Of a DNA stretch of 64,000 nt, positions 1 through 14,628 are shown one piece after another. The notes under the pieces are model-generated. The model had not been told where the DNA came from. It saw only the letters and a list, made by a program, of their open reading frames with translations, and searched no databases. The position numbers and the translations under genes were made by a program. Every line of letters starts with the position of its first letter. Positions within the stretch are counted from its first letter, which is position 1. This DNA is from the human T2T-CHM13v2.0 reference genome, Homo sapiens, in NCBI RefSeq assembly GCF_009914755.1, contig NC_060932.1. One strand, given 5' to 3'.

Positions 1-812
1 CTCCTCAGCCTGGCCGGTCTCTGTCACCTTTGCTTCCATGACCTCCTGGAGCCGGGTGGCTGCGCAGGCCTGGGGTGCAAGGCCAGAGGCTCACGGTCCC
101 CCAGCAGGTGCCTTCCCTGTCCATACACCTCCTCTCCCCAGCCGGAGCCTGGACCCCAATGGACAGCTGCTCTGTGCTCCCGTGAGCACAGACCTGCAGG
201 GGAGGGTGGCGCGTGTGAGGAGCACCTGCTGGGACATTGAAAAGGACAACGGCAGATGCAGCAGCCTCAGGGCACCCAAGGAAACCCCAAGAAGGCACCT
301 GCAAGCAGACATCTGCAGGAAACTTGTCTTGAGGCCTGGGGGGACCAAAGGTAGCAGGGCCACCGTGAAGGGCCTGAGGCCTGGGCTGACCTGACCTAAT
401 TCAGGTGAACGGACCCTGAAGAAGGACTTGTTTGCATCCCCTTCCACCATGATTGTTCCCTGGGCGCCCCAGCCATGCGGAACCTCCTGGCTGGTCCACA
501 GGGAGCAGGATGAAGGCTCCGGGAGGCCAGTGGTGCTGGGGGACAGGGTGCGTGCCAGAAGAGAGGCGAGGGGTGGGGGAGCAGAGGCGAGGAAGGGCAA
601 GGTTTTCGGCCTGAGCACCTGGAGGGCGGGGCTGTGTCAGGTCTGGGGTCAGAACTCAGGACGCACACCAAGGACAGGACCACATGGACGCAGGTCAAAC
701 GCGGTGAGCAGTGAGGTGCCCTCGGCAACAGCACAGCCTCCCTGCCTGGAAGGAACAGGCCCCGTGTGCCAGGGCGGCTTCCCCTGGATGGCGGCGTCGC
801 CTCGTCGCCTCG

Positions 813-882
813 TGCCTGCGGGGAGTGCTGCCTGTGGGGAGTGGTGCCTGTGGGGAGTGGTGCCTGCAGGGAGTGGTGCCTG
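813..882. repeat. 16-bp tandem repeat (TGCCTGTGGGGAGTGG) x~4.4
   Basis: Units start at 813, 829, 845, 861 and 877. Confidence 0.85.
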
Positions 883-1155
883 ATCTCCTGTTCTCGCGTC
901 ACTTCTGTTAGATTTTAGCAGAACAAAGTTGAGATACTCCCAAAATAGTTTTTCTGAGTACAGAGAAGCTCAGACAGCAGAGAATCGAACATTCTATGCC
1001 CTAAAAGAAGTAATACCAATTGTTATTTTTGTTTAAAATGCACTTTCAAATGAATGTAATGGGATAATTCTCTCAACAAAGAATAGCATTTTGTTCCCTT
1101 TTCAGTGCACTCCTGCGCGCGTGTGGGCAGAACACCAGCCTCCTAAGAACACTGT

Positions 1156-1648
1156 GGGCACCTCCTGGGGGACAGCATTGAGCCCAGACCCTCGGGAAAC
1201 CTGAGGGCACCTCCTGGGGGACAGCACTGAGCCCAGACCCTCGGGAAACCTGAGGGCACCTCCTGGGGGACAGCACTGAGCCCAGACCCTCGGGAAACCT
1301 GAGGGCACCTCCTGGGGGACAGCACTGAGCCCAGACCCTCGGGGAACCTGAGGGCACCTCCTGGGGGACAGCACTGAGCCCAGACCCTCGGGAAACCTGA
1401 GGGCACCTCCTGGGGGACAGCACTGAGCCCAGACCCTAGGAAACCTGAGGGCACCTCCTGGGGGACAGCACTGAGCCCAGACCCTAGGAAACCTGAGGGT
1501 ACCTCCTGGGGGACAGCACTGAGCCCAGACCCTCGGGAAACCTGAGGGCACCTCCTGGGGGACAGCACTGAGCCCAGACCCTCGGGAAACCTGAGGGCAC
1601 CTCCTGGGGGACAGCATTGAGCCCAGACCCTCGGGAAACCTGAGGGCA
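1156..1648. repeat. 49-bp minisatellite x10
   Basis: Unit GGGCACCTCCTGGGGGACAGCACTGAGCCCAGACCCTCGGGAAACCTGA, period 49 (1156, 1205...), with two 48-bp variant units. Confidence 0.95.
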
Positions 1649-2149
1649 GACCACAGCATGGGGATGCTGGGCCTTGGGGAGCTGCTGCTCAGAGAAAGGC
1701 ACAGGCTTCAGACCACAGAGGGCGACCTGGCCTCAGGGGTCCCACAGACTGGCTGGAGCTGGACCTCAAGGACGGAGGCGTACAGCTGCTGGCCCCGCAG
1801 GCTGGCTCTGCACAGGGCGAGGTGGGGAGGACATTGTGTGGGCTGGGGAACTCGCGCCTCGGCCCTCCACCACAGAGGGTCAGCATCAACTCACAGATGC
1901 AATCTGAGGTGTGTTTGAGGAATATTCATTTGGCAACAGTATTTAAAATGAAGTGGGAAGAGAAATAAGCCATTTGGTGACAAAGGTGGAAGGATGCAAG
2001 ATGTCTACGATCCCCAGGGGACTCAGGGTACCCGGCGGGATGGGCCTCTTCCCAGAAGCTGCTGTCAAGGCGGAACAACCTTCCTGCAGCCCCTGTTTCT
2101 TGGAGATGTCTGTTTGCAGACAGCGATCAGCCCACATAAGCCTTTTCTG

Positions 2150-2240
2150 ATGAATGTAATGAGTGCCACGTGCATGCCAGACAATTTGCCAGGTGCTAGG
2201 GACACAAGAGTGAACAAGAATGTGCCCTGCCTTGGAGACG
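2150..2240. mobile_element. L2 3'-end fragment
   Basis: TGCCAGGTGCTAGGGACACAAGAGTGAACAAGA...CCCTGCCTTGGAG resembles the L2 3' consensus. Confidence 0.55.
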
Positions 2241-2742
2241 TAGACAAGGGTGTCGAGACCACTCCATCGGGAAAGGAGAGTCTCTTCAACAAACGTGCAG
2301 GTGGACGTCTACCTGCAAACAAATGCAGTCAGACCCTACCTCATGCCACACACAAACATTAATCCAAAGTAGACGAAAGGTCTCAATGTAAGAGCTAAAC
2401 TGACAAAACTCTTAGAATAGACGGGGCGGCTCTGCATGACCTCGGATTTGGCAATGGATTCTGAGCTATGACACCAAAAGCACATGCAATAAGACAAACA
2501 ATGGAAAAACAGACTTCATCAAAATTAAAACTTTTGTGGCCACCCGAGAGAGTGAAAACACAGCCACAGGATGGGAGAAAACACCTGCAAATCATCCATC
2601 TGATGAGGTTCACAAAGGACTCTCCTAATTCAGTAACAACAGGGTAGGAGGCTGGGAGGTGGAGACTGCAGTGAGCCCTGATCTACTGCACTCCCGTCTG
2701 CGCAACAGAGTGAGATCCTGTCTCGAAAAGAAAAAAAAGATA

Positions 2743-3119
<377 letters not shown>

Positions 3120-3331
3120 CTACATTAAAAGACGCTCGTGATCATTAGCCATAGGAGAAATGCAAATCAAAAAATCAAAACCACAAGAGACACCATCTCA
3201 AACCCACTGGAGGTAAAAGCCATAATAAGTGTTGCTAAGGATGTGGAGAAACTGGAACCTTTATACACTGCTGGTGGGAAGTGGGAACATTAACTGGTGT
3301 GGCCACTGTGGAAGAGTTTGGTGGTTCCTCA

Positions 3332-4082
<751 letters not shown>

Positions 4083-5077
4083 TCATGGCAGCATGATTCA
4101 TAATAGCCAAAAAGTGGCAACAGAGCAAACGTCCTTCAACTGATGCATGAAGAAGCAAAATGTGGCCCATCCCTACACGGGAATATTGTTCAGCAGTAAC
4201 AGGGATGCAGCCCAGACCCAAGCTATGGTGTGGATGGACCTGGGGCATGTCGACGTGAGCGAAGGACCACTCGTATGATTCCACGTACTTCAATCGTCTG
4301 GAGCAGGTGAATCCCACAGGACACAAAGCCGGCCCGCCGTGCCCGAGGCTGGGGAGAGGCTGCTGCTGGGAGTGGGGCTTCTCTGTGGGAGGTGGATGGT
4401 GGCAGCAGCTGCACAACTCTGACTGTTCTAAGAGCCACTGGATTGTGCACCTTACAGGGTGAGCTTTGTGGCATGTGAATTATATAAAAAAAAGGGAGTC
4501 TGGCAGGTGAGGGGCAGCTGGGCTGGGCTCTCGCTGGGAAGGCCCCATCGGGCTGCCCTCAGCCAAGAGGTCCCAAGAGGCAGGCAGGTATCTGGGAACA
4601 TGTGGAGGGTGCAGAGGCTGAACGGGGCCACCAGGGTCCACGATGGCCATGGCAATGCTGAGCTCCAGCCGCCACAGCTGGCCCCGAGCAGACCCTCTTG
4701 GTGGGTCCAGTGGGACCACTCCCCAAGGCATGCAGCCCCCAGCACAGCTCCTGGCTGTACAGCCTCTGCCAGGGGCGCCAGTGTCCCTCCCGCCGCGCCG
4801 CCATCTTCCCATCACCCCTCCCTGATCTGCTCTTTGTTCCCAGATGTTGTCCTCTTTGCCACGCTGCTCCTCTTTCTATCCTTATAGTTCTGCCAGGCGG
4901 CAGGTGTGGCCAGCCCCACACCAATCACCACAGATACCCGCAGAGGACACCCAGACCAAGCAGCAGACACCAAATCCCCTCCTCACCCAACAGGCTGCTC
5001 ACAACTGCACATGACACACAAAGGAGACAGAGGCCCCGCAGCAAACCCACATGACCGGAACCCAACGGGCCCTGGCA

Positions 5078-5357
5078 GCAGAGGGGACGGCTGAGGCCTG
5101 GCCACCCCGGCGCTGTCCACCACCCCTCAGTGGGCAGAGGGGATGGCTAAGGCCTCGCCACCCCGGCACTCTCCACCACCCCTCAGTGGGCAGAGGGGGA
5201 CGGCTGAGGCCTCGCCACCCCGGCACTCTCCACCACCCCTCAGTGGGCAGAGGGGACAGCTGAGGCCTTGCCACCCCGGCGCTGTCCACCACCCCTCAGT
5301 GGGCAGAGGGGACGGCTGAGGCCTCGCCACCCCGGCGCTGTCCATCACCGCTCAGTG
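5078..5357. repeat. 56-bp GC-rich minisatellite x5
   Basis: Unit GCAGAGGGGACGGCTGAGGCCTCGCCACCCCGGCGCTGTCCACCACCCCTCAGTGG, period 56-57. Confidence 0.95.
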
Positions 5358-6589
5358 CTCCACCACTGCTCCTGTCTGGCCTCAAGACTTTGTTCCTGAC
5401 AAGTGACTCAAAAGTTAAGCCCTTCCACTCCCTCCTGGTCTCCTAAATCAAGGCCTAGCATTGAAGGACATTCACTCGTGGGGTGAATCCAGACTGGCCA
5501 TGAGGGCTGCATGGAGGGGGTGCTGCGCGGGGGCAGAGGAAGCCCTGCAACGGTGAGCACGTGGGGGAGGAGTGGCCTCTTGGGCCTCCTGCACACAGCC
5601 AGGCGCTGCTCTTTACCAGGTAAGCATCCAGTGCTGCAGGCCCCGGGTGGCGCGCACTGCCGGGGTCCTCGGCGAAGATAAGAAACAGCACACAGACAGA
5701 GGACCCACTGGTGCCGCAGGACCTGGCACGTGCTGCAGGAGCGGCCACCATGATAGATCGTCCTCCAGACCCGCAAGGGTACCACACCCCTAAGCACCGG
5801 AGGGCGCAGGCTCTGCCGGCCAGCCCCACCTTCCCAACTCTCCCTCCAGGCCCAGGGCGTGTGTCCAGGCACATCGTGCTCTCCTGAGACCACCAGAAGG
5901 GCAAGGCAGGTCTAACGCCATGAGATGGAGTCCCAACAGCAGAGGCCATGGCTTCTCACACCAGACGTGGTGAGGGAGGAGCTGCGGGAACTCCCTCTGG
6001 GCCTTGACATCCCTGGTTAATCTGTGCCCAAGGAGACAGAGGAGGGACCTGGCTGACTGCCTGTGGAGCCTGGGAGGAGGGCGACCAGAACCCTAACAGC
6101 CTTAGGGCTGTAACGAGGGCTCACAACAGCAAGGTGAAGCCAGCAGGAGATGCGTTTGCTCTGTGAGGACGTGGGGAGGCAGCTCCACCCGATGCAGCAA
6201 CCACCTCATCAAATCCCAGGACACTCTGCACCAGCAGCCACACCGCCCTACGCCTCCAGTCCAAAGCCCAACGTCTTCTCTGGGTGGGGCCGACTGGTCC
6301 TGTCTCCATCTAGAAGAGCACGTGGAGGGAGGGCGGAGGCATCTTTGAATCAAAGGACTGCAGCTGGGGAGGAACACAGGACACAGACAGCGAGCTGCCA
6401 GGAAGCCAAGGAAGCCACGTGCCCAGGCTGGAACCCCAGCACACTGAGGCGTGGACAGAGAGCCCCTCGCTGCCCCTTGCAGATCTACGCGACGCCCTTG
6501 AGGATGGGGGCAGGGGGCGGGGGGAACCCAGGATCAGGGGGTCAAGACTGTAATCAATGGGGCCGGGATTGCTGACTTGGGTTGATATG

Positions 6590-8420
6590 AAAAAGTCTGA
6601 TCAAATGGGAAAGGCAAAACTTTAAGACTTTTAGAAGAAAATACGTGAAGAATTTCAGGAGCTCAGTTAGGAAAGGGCTTCCTGAGTAAGACAGGAAGAG
6701 AAAAGGCAGGTGGACAGAGAACGCTGGAGCTCAACACGTTGGCTCATCAAAAGCCACCAGCACTGACACAAAGGCGTGAGCACAGATGGAGACCATAATC
6801 CAGGCTCAGTCAACATGCAACGGTACCCGGAACAGACAGGGATGCGTCCACACCACAAAGGCTAAAAAAGATGATTAAATGGAAGAAAAGGCCGGAGGAG
6901 ATTCCCAGAGGTGGAAACCTGAGGGCTAAGAACACACGGAGATGCTCAAACCCACCAGGTAGGAAGCCACGCAGACCCACCCGCCAGCAGGGAAGGAGAG
7001 TCCGGCCAGAGTAGGAGCTCCGTGGTGGGGAAGGAGCAGCCCGGGGAAGTCCAGAGGGCGCCCGGCATGGCCTCGAAGGCTGGACACCTGCGGGGCCCTT
7101 TCCGCATTGCGTGTAAAGGGGAAATTCGGAACCCAGCCGTGGGCCTTTCCGCGTTGAGTGTAAAGGGGAAACTCGGAACCCAGCCGTGGGCCTTTCCACG
7201 TTGCGTGTAAAGGGGAAACTCGGAACCCAGCCGTGGGCTTTTCCACGTTGTGTGTAAAGGGGAAACTCGGAACTCAGCTGTGGGTGTCAGTGGAGGGATA
7301 CCAAGGTGCCACATGAGGACACATGAGCCCCAGGGAGGCTGGGAAGGAGCAGAAGAGACTCTCGATGAGTCAGGTGTGGCTGGGCACAGGACAGGAGGCC
7401 AGCAGGACCAGACAGACGGGCAGAAGCAGCCCCAGCTCCTTACAGAGCCCGGGGCATGAGAGAAGGCACAGTGCCCCTCACAGAGCACAGGCAGCCTCAG
7501 CCTCTAACAAATGGCACGGGGACAGCCGGATGCATGTGGAAAACAAACAGGTCAGATCACACCTCACACCACACACAAGAACCAAGGCGGATCTGAGACC
7601 CAAAGGCAAAAACAAAAGTATGTCAGCCCATGAGCAGGTGCCACGTGCTCTTTCTCCAGTCACCTGGATGGAGGTGACTAAAACACAGAGGCACTGAAGA
7701 AAGGATGGCCAACCTGACTACACAAAGATTCAAAACCTTTCACATGCAAAAGCCACTACAAATAAAACAGATTTTGGCTTTTCAGACACATTTAGTGGAA
7801 CATTTACAATAAGAGCTCATGTCTTTAATATATAAATTTGAGCATGAAAAGATAAAAAATACTATAGAAAAAGAGCAAAAGATAAGAGCATGCAATTCAC
7901 AAAGTGAACAGTAATACACGGAGGGTAACTACTTCAGTGATCATCAGAGCCCCAAAGCCCAGGCTGCATGGAGACCCCAGGCACCTGCCCACACATCTGA
8001 CAGCAGGCAGCTGTTGACGGCCCCGATGGCCCGGGGTTGGTGCTGCTCACAGAAGCCCCAAGGACAGCACATCCAAAGGCATCCTTGGACCTAGCAGTCC
8101 CTCGTCAGAAATTCACCTGCAGATGCACCTCCCAAAACCCAGAATTATACAAGCAGACTGCAGCAGTCCTTGTAATTGCAGAATATGCGAAATTACCCAT
8201 ATGGCCAACACAAGACTGAGGCACACACACAATAGAGGCCCAGGAAGCTTTGAAAAAGGACGACAATCTCGATGGTCTGGGAGGCAGTGATGTCTAGGGG
8301 ATGTTTTAAGTGGAAAAAGCAAATTGTGCAAAGAACACATAAATCATGATACCATTAGTGTAAGAATGAAGGGGAAATAAGAAAACATACTAACATCTGT
8401 TTATTCTTCACAATAGAAAC
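6590..8420 (+). mobile_element. Highly decayed L1ME-like 3' fragments
   Basis: Patches such as AAAACTTTAAGACTTTTAGAAGAAAATA, CAAATGGC...GGAAAA...CACCTCACACCACACACAA and TAGAAAAAGAGCAAAAGATA...GCAATTCACA. Confidence 0.55.
7095..7283. repeat. 47-bp tandem repeat x4
   Basis: GTGTAAAGGGGAAACTCGGAACCCAGCCGTGGG recurs at 7111, 7158, 7205 and 7252. Confidence 0.95.
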
Positions 8421-8954
8421 CCAGGAGATAAACAGAAAACAAGAGAGTTTCTGCCTGCAGCAGGTAGGCAGGTGCAGAAAGGGCACGGGGAAGAGGCCTG
8501 GCTGAATGTGCCTGTGTACGGTTGGGGCTTTGGGAACGTGCGAATGGTCTATATGTTTAAAAGACAAAATTATATCAGGAAGAATAAAAAGGGGGACAAA
8601 AAAATCTCTAACTGAAAGTAATGAACCAACGGATGCCAGAACCATAATGAAGAAAAGAGAAAGAGCTAATCCAAACAACTTAGGAACACAGGATGAGCCA
8701 GTGTCGCATTCCTGGGAGACACGTGCACATGAGGGAATGCAAATGAACCCTGGCTTTTTTTAGTGCATATATTTTTGTAGTGGAATGGGTGAAGCAATTC
8801 TGAACCAATTTTAGATGAATTATCAGATGAGCAAGTGAGTAAACACACTGGTGTTCTTGGGAGCCAGGGAAGAAGAGATGTGATGGAAGAGGGGACCACA
8901 GAGCAACTCTCTGTGGGAGGGACGGGACTGGGGCACCGTGTGTGCTCAGCATTT

Positions 8955-11900
8955 CTAGGAGGCGTTTGTGCGCGTGGAGGCATGCATGCATGTTCATGTA
9001 CCTGTGTGCGTGTGCATGGAGGCATGTGTGCGCACTTGTGTACCTATGTGTGCGTAGAGACGAGTGTGCGAGCTCATGTACCTACCTGTGTGTGTGCGTG
9101 GAGGCGTGTGTGCGCACTTGTGTACCTACCTGCGTGTGCGTGTGTGTGGGGGGCATGTGTGCAAGCTCGTGTACCTACCTGCGTGTGCGTGTGCGTGGGG
9201 GTGTCTGTGTGCTCCTGTACCCACCTGCGTGTGCGTGTGCATGGAGGCGTGCGTGTGCACTTGTGTACCTGAGTGTGCATGTGCGTGGAGGCATGCGTGC
9301 ACACTTGGGTACCTACCTGCGTGTGTGGAGGCGTGTGTGTGCACTTGTGTACCTGAGTGTGCGTGTTCGTGGAGGCGTGCATGTGCACTTGGGTACCTAC
9401 CTGCGTGTGCATCGAGGCGTGTGTGCACACTTGGGTACCTACCTGCGTGTGCGTGGAGGCGTGCGTGTGCACTTGTGTACCTGAGTGTGCGTGTGCGTGG
9501 AGGCGTGCATGTGCACTTGTATACCTGAGTGTGCGTGTTCGTGGAGGCGTGCGTGCGCACTTGGGTACCTACCTGCGTGTGCATGGAGGTGTGCGTGCAC
9601 ACTTGTGTACCTGCGTGTGCGTGTGCGTGGAGACGTGCGTGTGCACTTGTGTACCTGAGTGTGCGTGTTCAAGGCGTGCGTGCGCACTTGTGTACCTACC
9701 TGCGTGTGCATGGAGGCATGCGCGTGAGCTCATCTACCTACCTGCGCGTGTGTGTGCGTGGAGGCGTGTGTGTGCTCGTGTACCTGTGTGTGTGCATGGA
9801 AGCGTGCGTGCGTGCTCGTGTACCTGTGCGTGTGCGTGGTGTGTGCAAGCTCATGTACCTGTGTGTGTGTGGAGGCATGTGTGTGCTCGTATACCTGTGT
9901 GCATGTGCGTGGAGGTGTGTGTGCGAGCTCATGTACCTGTGTGTGTGCGTGGAGGCGTGTGCTCGTGTACCTGTGTGTGCACATGGAGGCGTGCGTGCGA
10001 GCTCGTGTACCTGTGTGCATGTGCGTGGAGGTGTGTGTGACCTCATGTACCTGTGTGTGCATGGAGGCGTGCATGTGTGCTCGTGTACCTGTGTGTGTGC
10101 ATGGAGGCGTGCGTGCAAGCTCGTGTACCTGTGTGCATGTGCGTGGAGGTGCGTGTGCAAGCTCATGTACCTGTGTGCATGGAGGCGTGTGTGCTCGTGA
10201 ACCTGTGTGTGTGCATGGAGGCATGCGTGCGTGCTCATGTACCTGTGTGTGTGTGTGGAGGCGTGTGTGTGCTCGTGTACCTGTGTGCGTGTGCGAGCTC
10301 ATGTACCTGTGTGTGCGTTGAGGCGTGTGTGCTCGTCTACCTGCGTGCATGGAGGCGTGCGTGCGTGCGAGCTCGTGTACCTGTGTGCATGTGCGTGGAG
10401 GTGTGTGTGCGAGCTCATGTACCTGTGTGTGTGTGCGTGGAGGCATGTGTGTGCTCATGTACCTGTGTGTGTGCATGGAGGCGTGCGTGCGAGCTCGTGT
10501 ACCTGTGTGCATGTGCGTGGAGGTGTGTGTGCGAGCTCATGTATCTGTGTGTGCATGGAGGCGTGCATGTGTGCTCGTGTACCTGTGTGTGCATGGATGC
10601 GTGCGTGCGAGCTCATGTACCTGTGTGCATGTGTGTGGTGTGTGTGTGAGCTCATGTACCTGTGTGTGTGCGTGGAGGCGTGTGTGCTCGTGAACCTGTG
10701 TGTGTGCGTGGAGGCATGCGTGTGTGCTAATGTACCTGTGTGTGTGTGTGGAGGCGTGTGTGCTCGTGTACCTGTGTGCATGTGCGTAGAGGTGTGTGTG
10801 CGAGCTCACGTACCTGTGTGTGTCCATGGAGGCGTGCATGTGCTCGTGTACCTGTGTGTGTGCATGGAGGCGTGCGTGCGAGCTCGTGTACCTGTGTTCA
10901 TGTGCGTGGAGGTGCGTGTGCGAGCTCATGTACCTGTGTGTGTGCATGGAGGCGTGTGTGTGCTCGTGAACCTGTGTGTGTGCGTGGAGGCATGCGTGCG
11001 TGCTCATGTACCTGTGTGTGGAGGCGTGTGTGCTCGTGTACCTGTGTGCATGTGCATGGAGGTGTGTGTGCGAGCTCATGTACCTGTGTGTGTGTGCGTG
11101 GAGGCGTGTGTGCTCGTGTACCTGTGTGTGCATGGAGGCGTGCGTGCGAGCTCGTGTACCTGTGTGCATGTGCGTGGAGGTGTGTGTGTGAGCTCATGTA
11201 CCTGTGTGTGTGCGTGGAGGCGTGTGTGCTCGTGTACCTGTGTGTGTGCATGGAGGCGTGCGTGCGAGCTCGTGTACCTGTATGCATGTGCATGGAGGTG
11301 TGTGTGCGAGCTCATGTACCTGTGTGTGTGCGTGGAGGCGTGTGTGTGCTTGTGTACCTGTGTGTGTGCATGGAGTTGTGCGTGCGAGCTCGTGTACCTG
11401 TGCATGTGCGTGGTGTGTGTGCGAGCTCATGTATCTGTGTACATGGAGGCGTGCATGTGTGCTCGTGTACCTGTGTGTGCATGGAGGCGTGCGTGCGAGC
11501 TCGTGTACCTGTGTGCATGTGTGTGGAGGTGTGTGTGCGAGCTCATGTACCTGTGTGTGCGTGGAGGCGTGTGTGCTCGTGTACCTGTGTGCATGGAGGC
11601 GTGCGTGCGAGCTCGTGTACCTGTGTGCATGTGCGTGGAGTTGTGTGCGCTCGTGTACCTGTGTGTGTGCATGGAGGCGTGTGTGTGAGCTCGTGTACCT
11701 GTGTGTATGTGCATGGAGGCGTGTGTGTGCATGTGCATGGAGGCGTGTGTGCTCGTGTACCTGTGTGCATGGAGGCGTGCGTGTGAGCTCGTGTACCTGT
11801 GTGCATGTGCGTGGTGTGTGTGAGAGCTCATGTACCTGTGTGTGTGTGCGTGGAGGCGTGTGTGTGCTCGTGTACCTGTGTGTGTGCATGGAGGCGTGCG

Positions 11901-12312
11901 TGCGAGCTCGTGTACCTGTGTGCATGTGCGTGGAGGTGTGTGTGCGAGCTCATGTATCTGTGTGCGTGCGTGGAGGCGTGTGTGTGAGCTCGTGTACCTG
12001 TGTGCGTGCGTGGAGGTGTGTGCGCGAGCTCATGTATCTGTGTGCGTGGAGGCGTGTGTGTGCTGGTGTACCTGTGTGCATGTGCGTGGAGGTGTGTGTG
12101 CGAGCTCATGTACCTGTGTGTGTGCGTGGAGGCGTGTGTGTGCTCATGTACCTGTGTGTGTGCCTGGAGGCGTGCGTGTGTGCTCGTGTACCTGTGTGCA
12201 TGTGCGTGGAGGTGTGTGTGCGTGCTCGTGTATCTGTGTGTGTGCGTGTGCATGTACCTGCATGTGTGGAGGCATGTGTGCACGCTCGTGAACCTGTGTG
12301 TGTACATGTGCA
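8955..12312. repeat. ~3.35-kb degenerate (TG/CA)-rich satellite, ~35-45-bp units
   Basis: Recurrent GGAGGCGTGTG...GCTCGTGTACCTGTGTG; mostly alternating purine-pyrimidine. Confidence 0.97.
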
Positions 12313-12358
12313 TACTCCTGCATAATTTTCTAGTTTTGTGTGCTCAGGCCAAAAAGCA

Positions 12359-12685
<327 letters not shown>

Positions 12686-13307
12686 CTAAGAACCCAGACC
12701 TTGTTCTGTAAGACCAGTATTCCCTAAAAGGAACCAGCACTCCCTAGACAAACAGCTGATTCCAAGGCTGAGCAGGGCAGCTGTGCCAGGAGGAAGCTAG
12801 CACTTGCAGGAATGAGGACATCAGGGACACAGGATCCAGCGAGACGCTTAGGGGCCTATCTGGGCGCTTATGCACCAAGCCAGTGAAGAGCAAGCGCAAT
12901 ATCAACCCCGAAAAAACCCAACGGAGCTCACAGCCCACATCAGCGAACAAACGAATGAAGAACGAACAAACGAATGAACAAGGAGACAGCAGGACTCCTG
13001 CTCAGGTCAAGGCAGAGTGCGGATCGCAACTGTGGAAGGTGCACAGAGTCCCAGAAAGACCAACCACACAGGGAGGCACAAAGCATCAGACACGGAGCCG
13101 GGCCCAGAGCGCCCAGAGGTGGCCGGGAGGCAGCAGCTGCACCTCGGGGGGTGCGGGCGAGGCCTCTGTCGGGGTCAGAGGTCATGTTGCCAGGTGAGGG
13201 GCAGATGGACAGCAGTGTCTGCAGATGCGGGGCCCGGGAGGACCCAACACCACCTGTATGGCATTCTCCTGAAAAACTGTCAGACAAACCCAAACCAAGG
13301 AACTCTC

Positions 13308-13526
13308 TATTTTACTTTATTTACTGTGACACGGGGGTCTCACGCAGTCGCTCAGGCCAGAGTGCAGTGGTGTGATCTCAGCTCACTGCAGCCTAAACCT
13401 CTTGGGCTCAAGGGATCTCCTCACCTCAGCCTCCCGAGTAGCTGAGACCATAGGCATCTGCCACCACATCTGGCTAATTTTTGTATTTTTTGTAGAGATG
13501 GGGTCTCGCTAGGTTGCCCAGGCTGG
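13308..13526 (-). mobile_element. AluJ-like partial
   Basis: Antisense Alu right arm plus part of the left arm. Confidence 0.9.
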
Positions 13527-13912
13527 GATGATCTGTTTTAAATAGGGTGACTATTACCTTAAAAATATCAATGTGACAACAGGCAGAGAAAAGCTGTGGA
13601 ATTCTTCCAGATTAAAAAAGGCCAAGGAGAGAGAGGCAGTCAGGGGCAGAGCTGACCTGGAGGCATGGGACACTGGCTGAGACGGGACAGGGCCAGATTT
13701 ACTTGTGGTAACAAGCGTCCTGGGCTACCTGGAAGACGTCCTGAGGGAGCTCACGCTCTCACACCGCCACCCCCAAAAGCATTCAGAGGCGACGGGAGCA
13801 ATGCTAGCCACAGGGTCTCTGGGCAAGGGCACTCGAGCACTCATGGGGCTGTTCTTATTCTTGTAACTTTTCTGGAAGCATGAAATTATTTCCAAATAAA
13901 AGCCTAGAAATC

Positions 13913-14220
13913 AGGGCAGAGCAGTGGCTCACGTCTGTGATCCTGGCACTTTGGGAGGCCTCGGCCTCCCAAAAGGATCGCTTGAGCCCAGGAGTTTGAG
14001 ACCAGCCCAAGCAACAGACCTCATCTTTACAAAAAATTAGAAAAATCAGCTAGACGTGGTGGTGCACACCTGCAGTCCCAGCTACTTGGGAGGTGAGGTG
14101 GGAGGACTGCTTTAGCCTAGGAGTTCAAGGCTGCAGTGAGCTATGATGGAGCCACTGCACTGCAGCCTGGACAACCGAGTGAGACCCTGTCTCCTCAAGA
14201 AATAAATCAATGAATAAATT
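13913..14220 (+). mobile_element. AluJ with small internal inversion
   Basis: AluJ diagnostics (TTGAGCCCAGGAGTT, GTGAGCTATGAT). Confidence 0.9.
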
Positions 14221-14466
14221 AGAAAATCAAAAATTAGAAAGAGAAAAACGACGAATCATGGCGACCCGCATCTGCAGGAACGCAGGCCACGGCCCTGAGG
14301 GCTGCGCTGTGCACAGGTGGCATCGGCCATCCAGGCCTTGGGAACAGCCAGCGACGAATCCATTCTCCACGGAGAATCCTGCATGCACACTGCTTTCTCT
14401 GCAGGAAGAAAGCAGTTCCACCCACTCGTGAGGCCCGGGCAGCTCCGCAGGTCGGTCGGCTCCTTA

Positions 14467-14628
<162 letters not shown>

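Noticed and set aside
90-200. Possible minus-strand exon after CCCTCCCCTGCAG
   Set aside because: No frame matches the expected next ARHGAP39 sequence (LEWVEIIEP...) and there is no strong donor.
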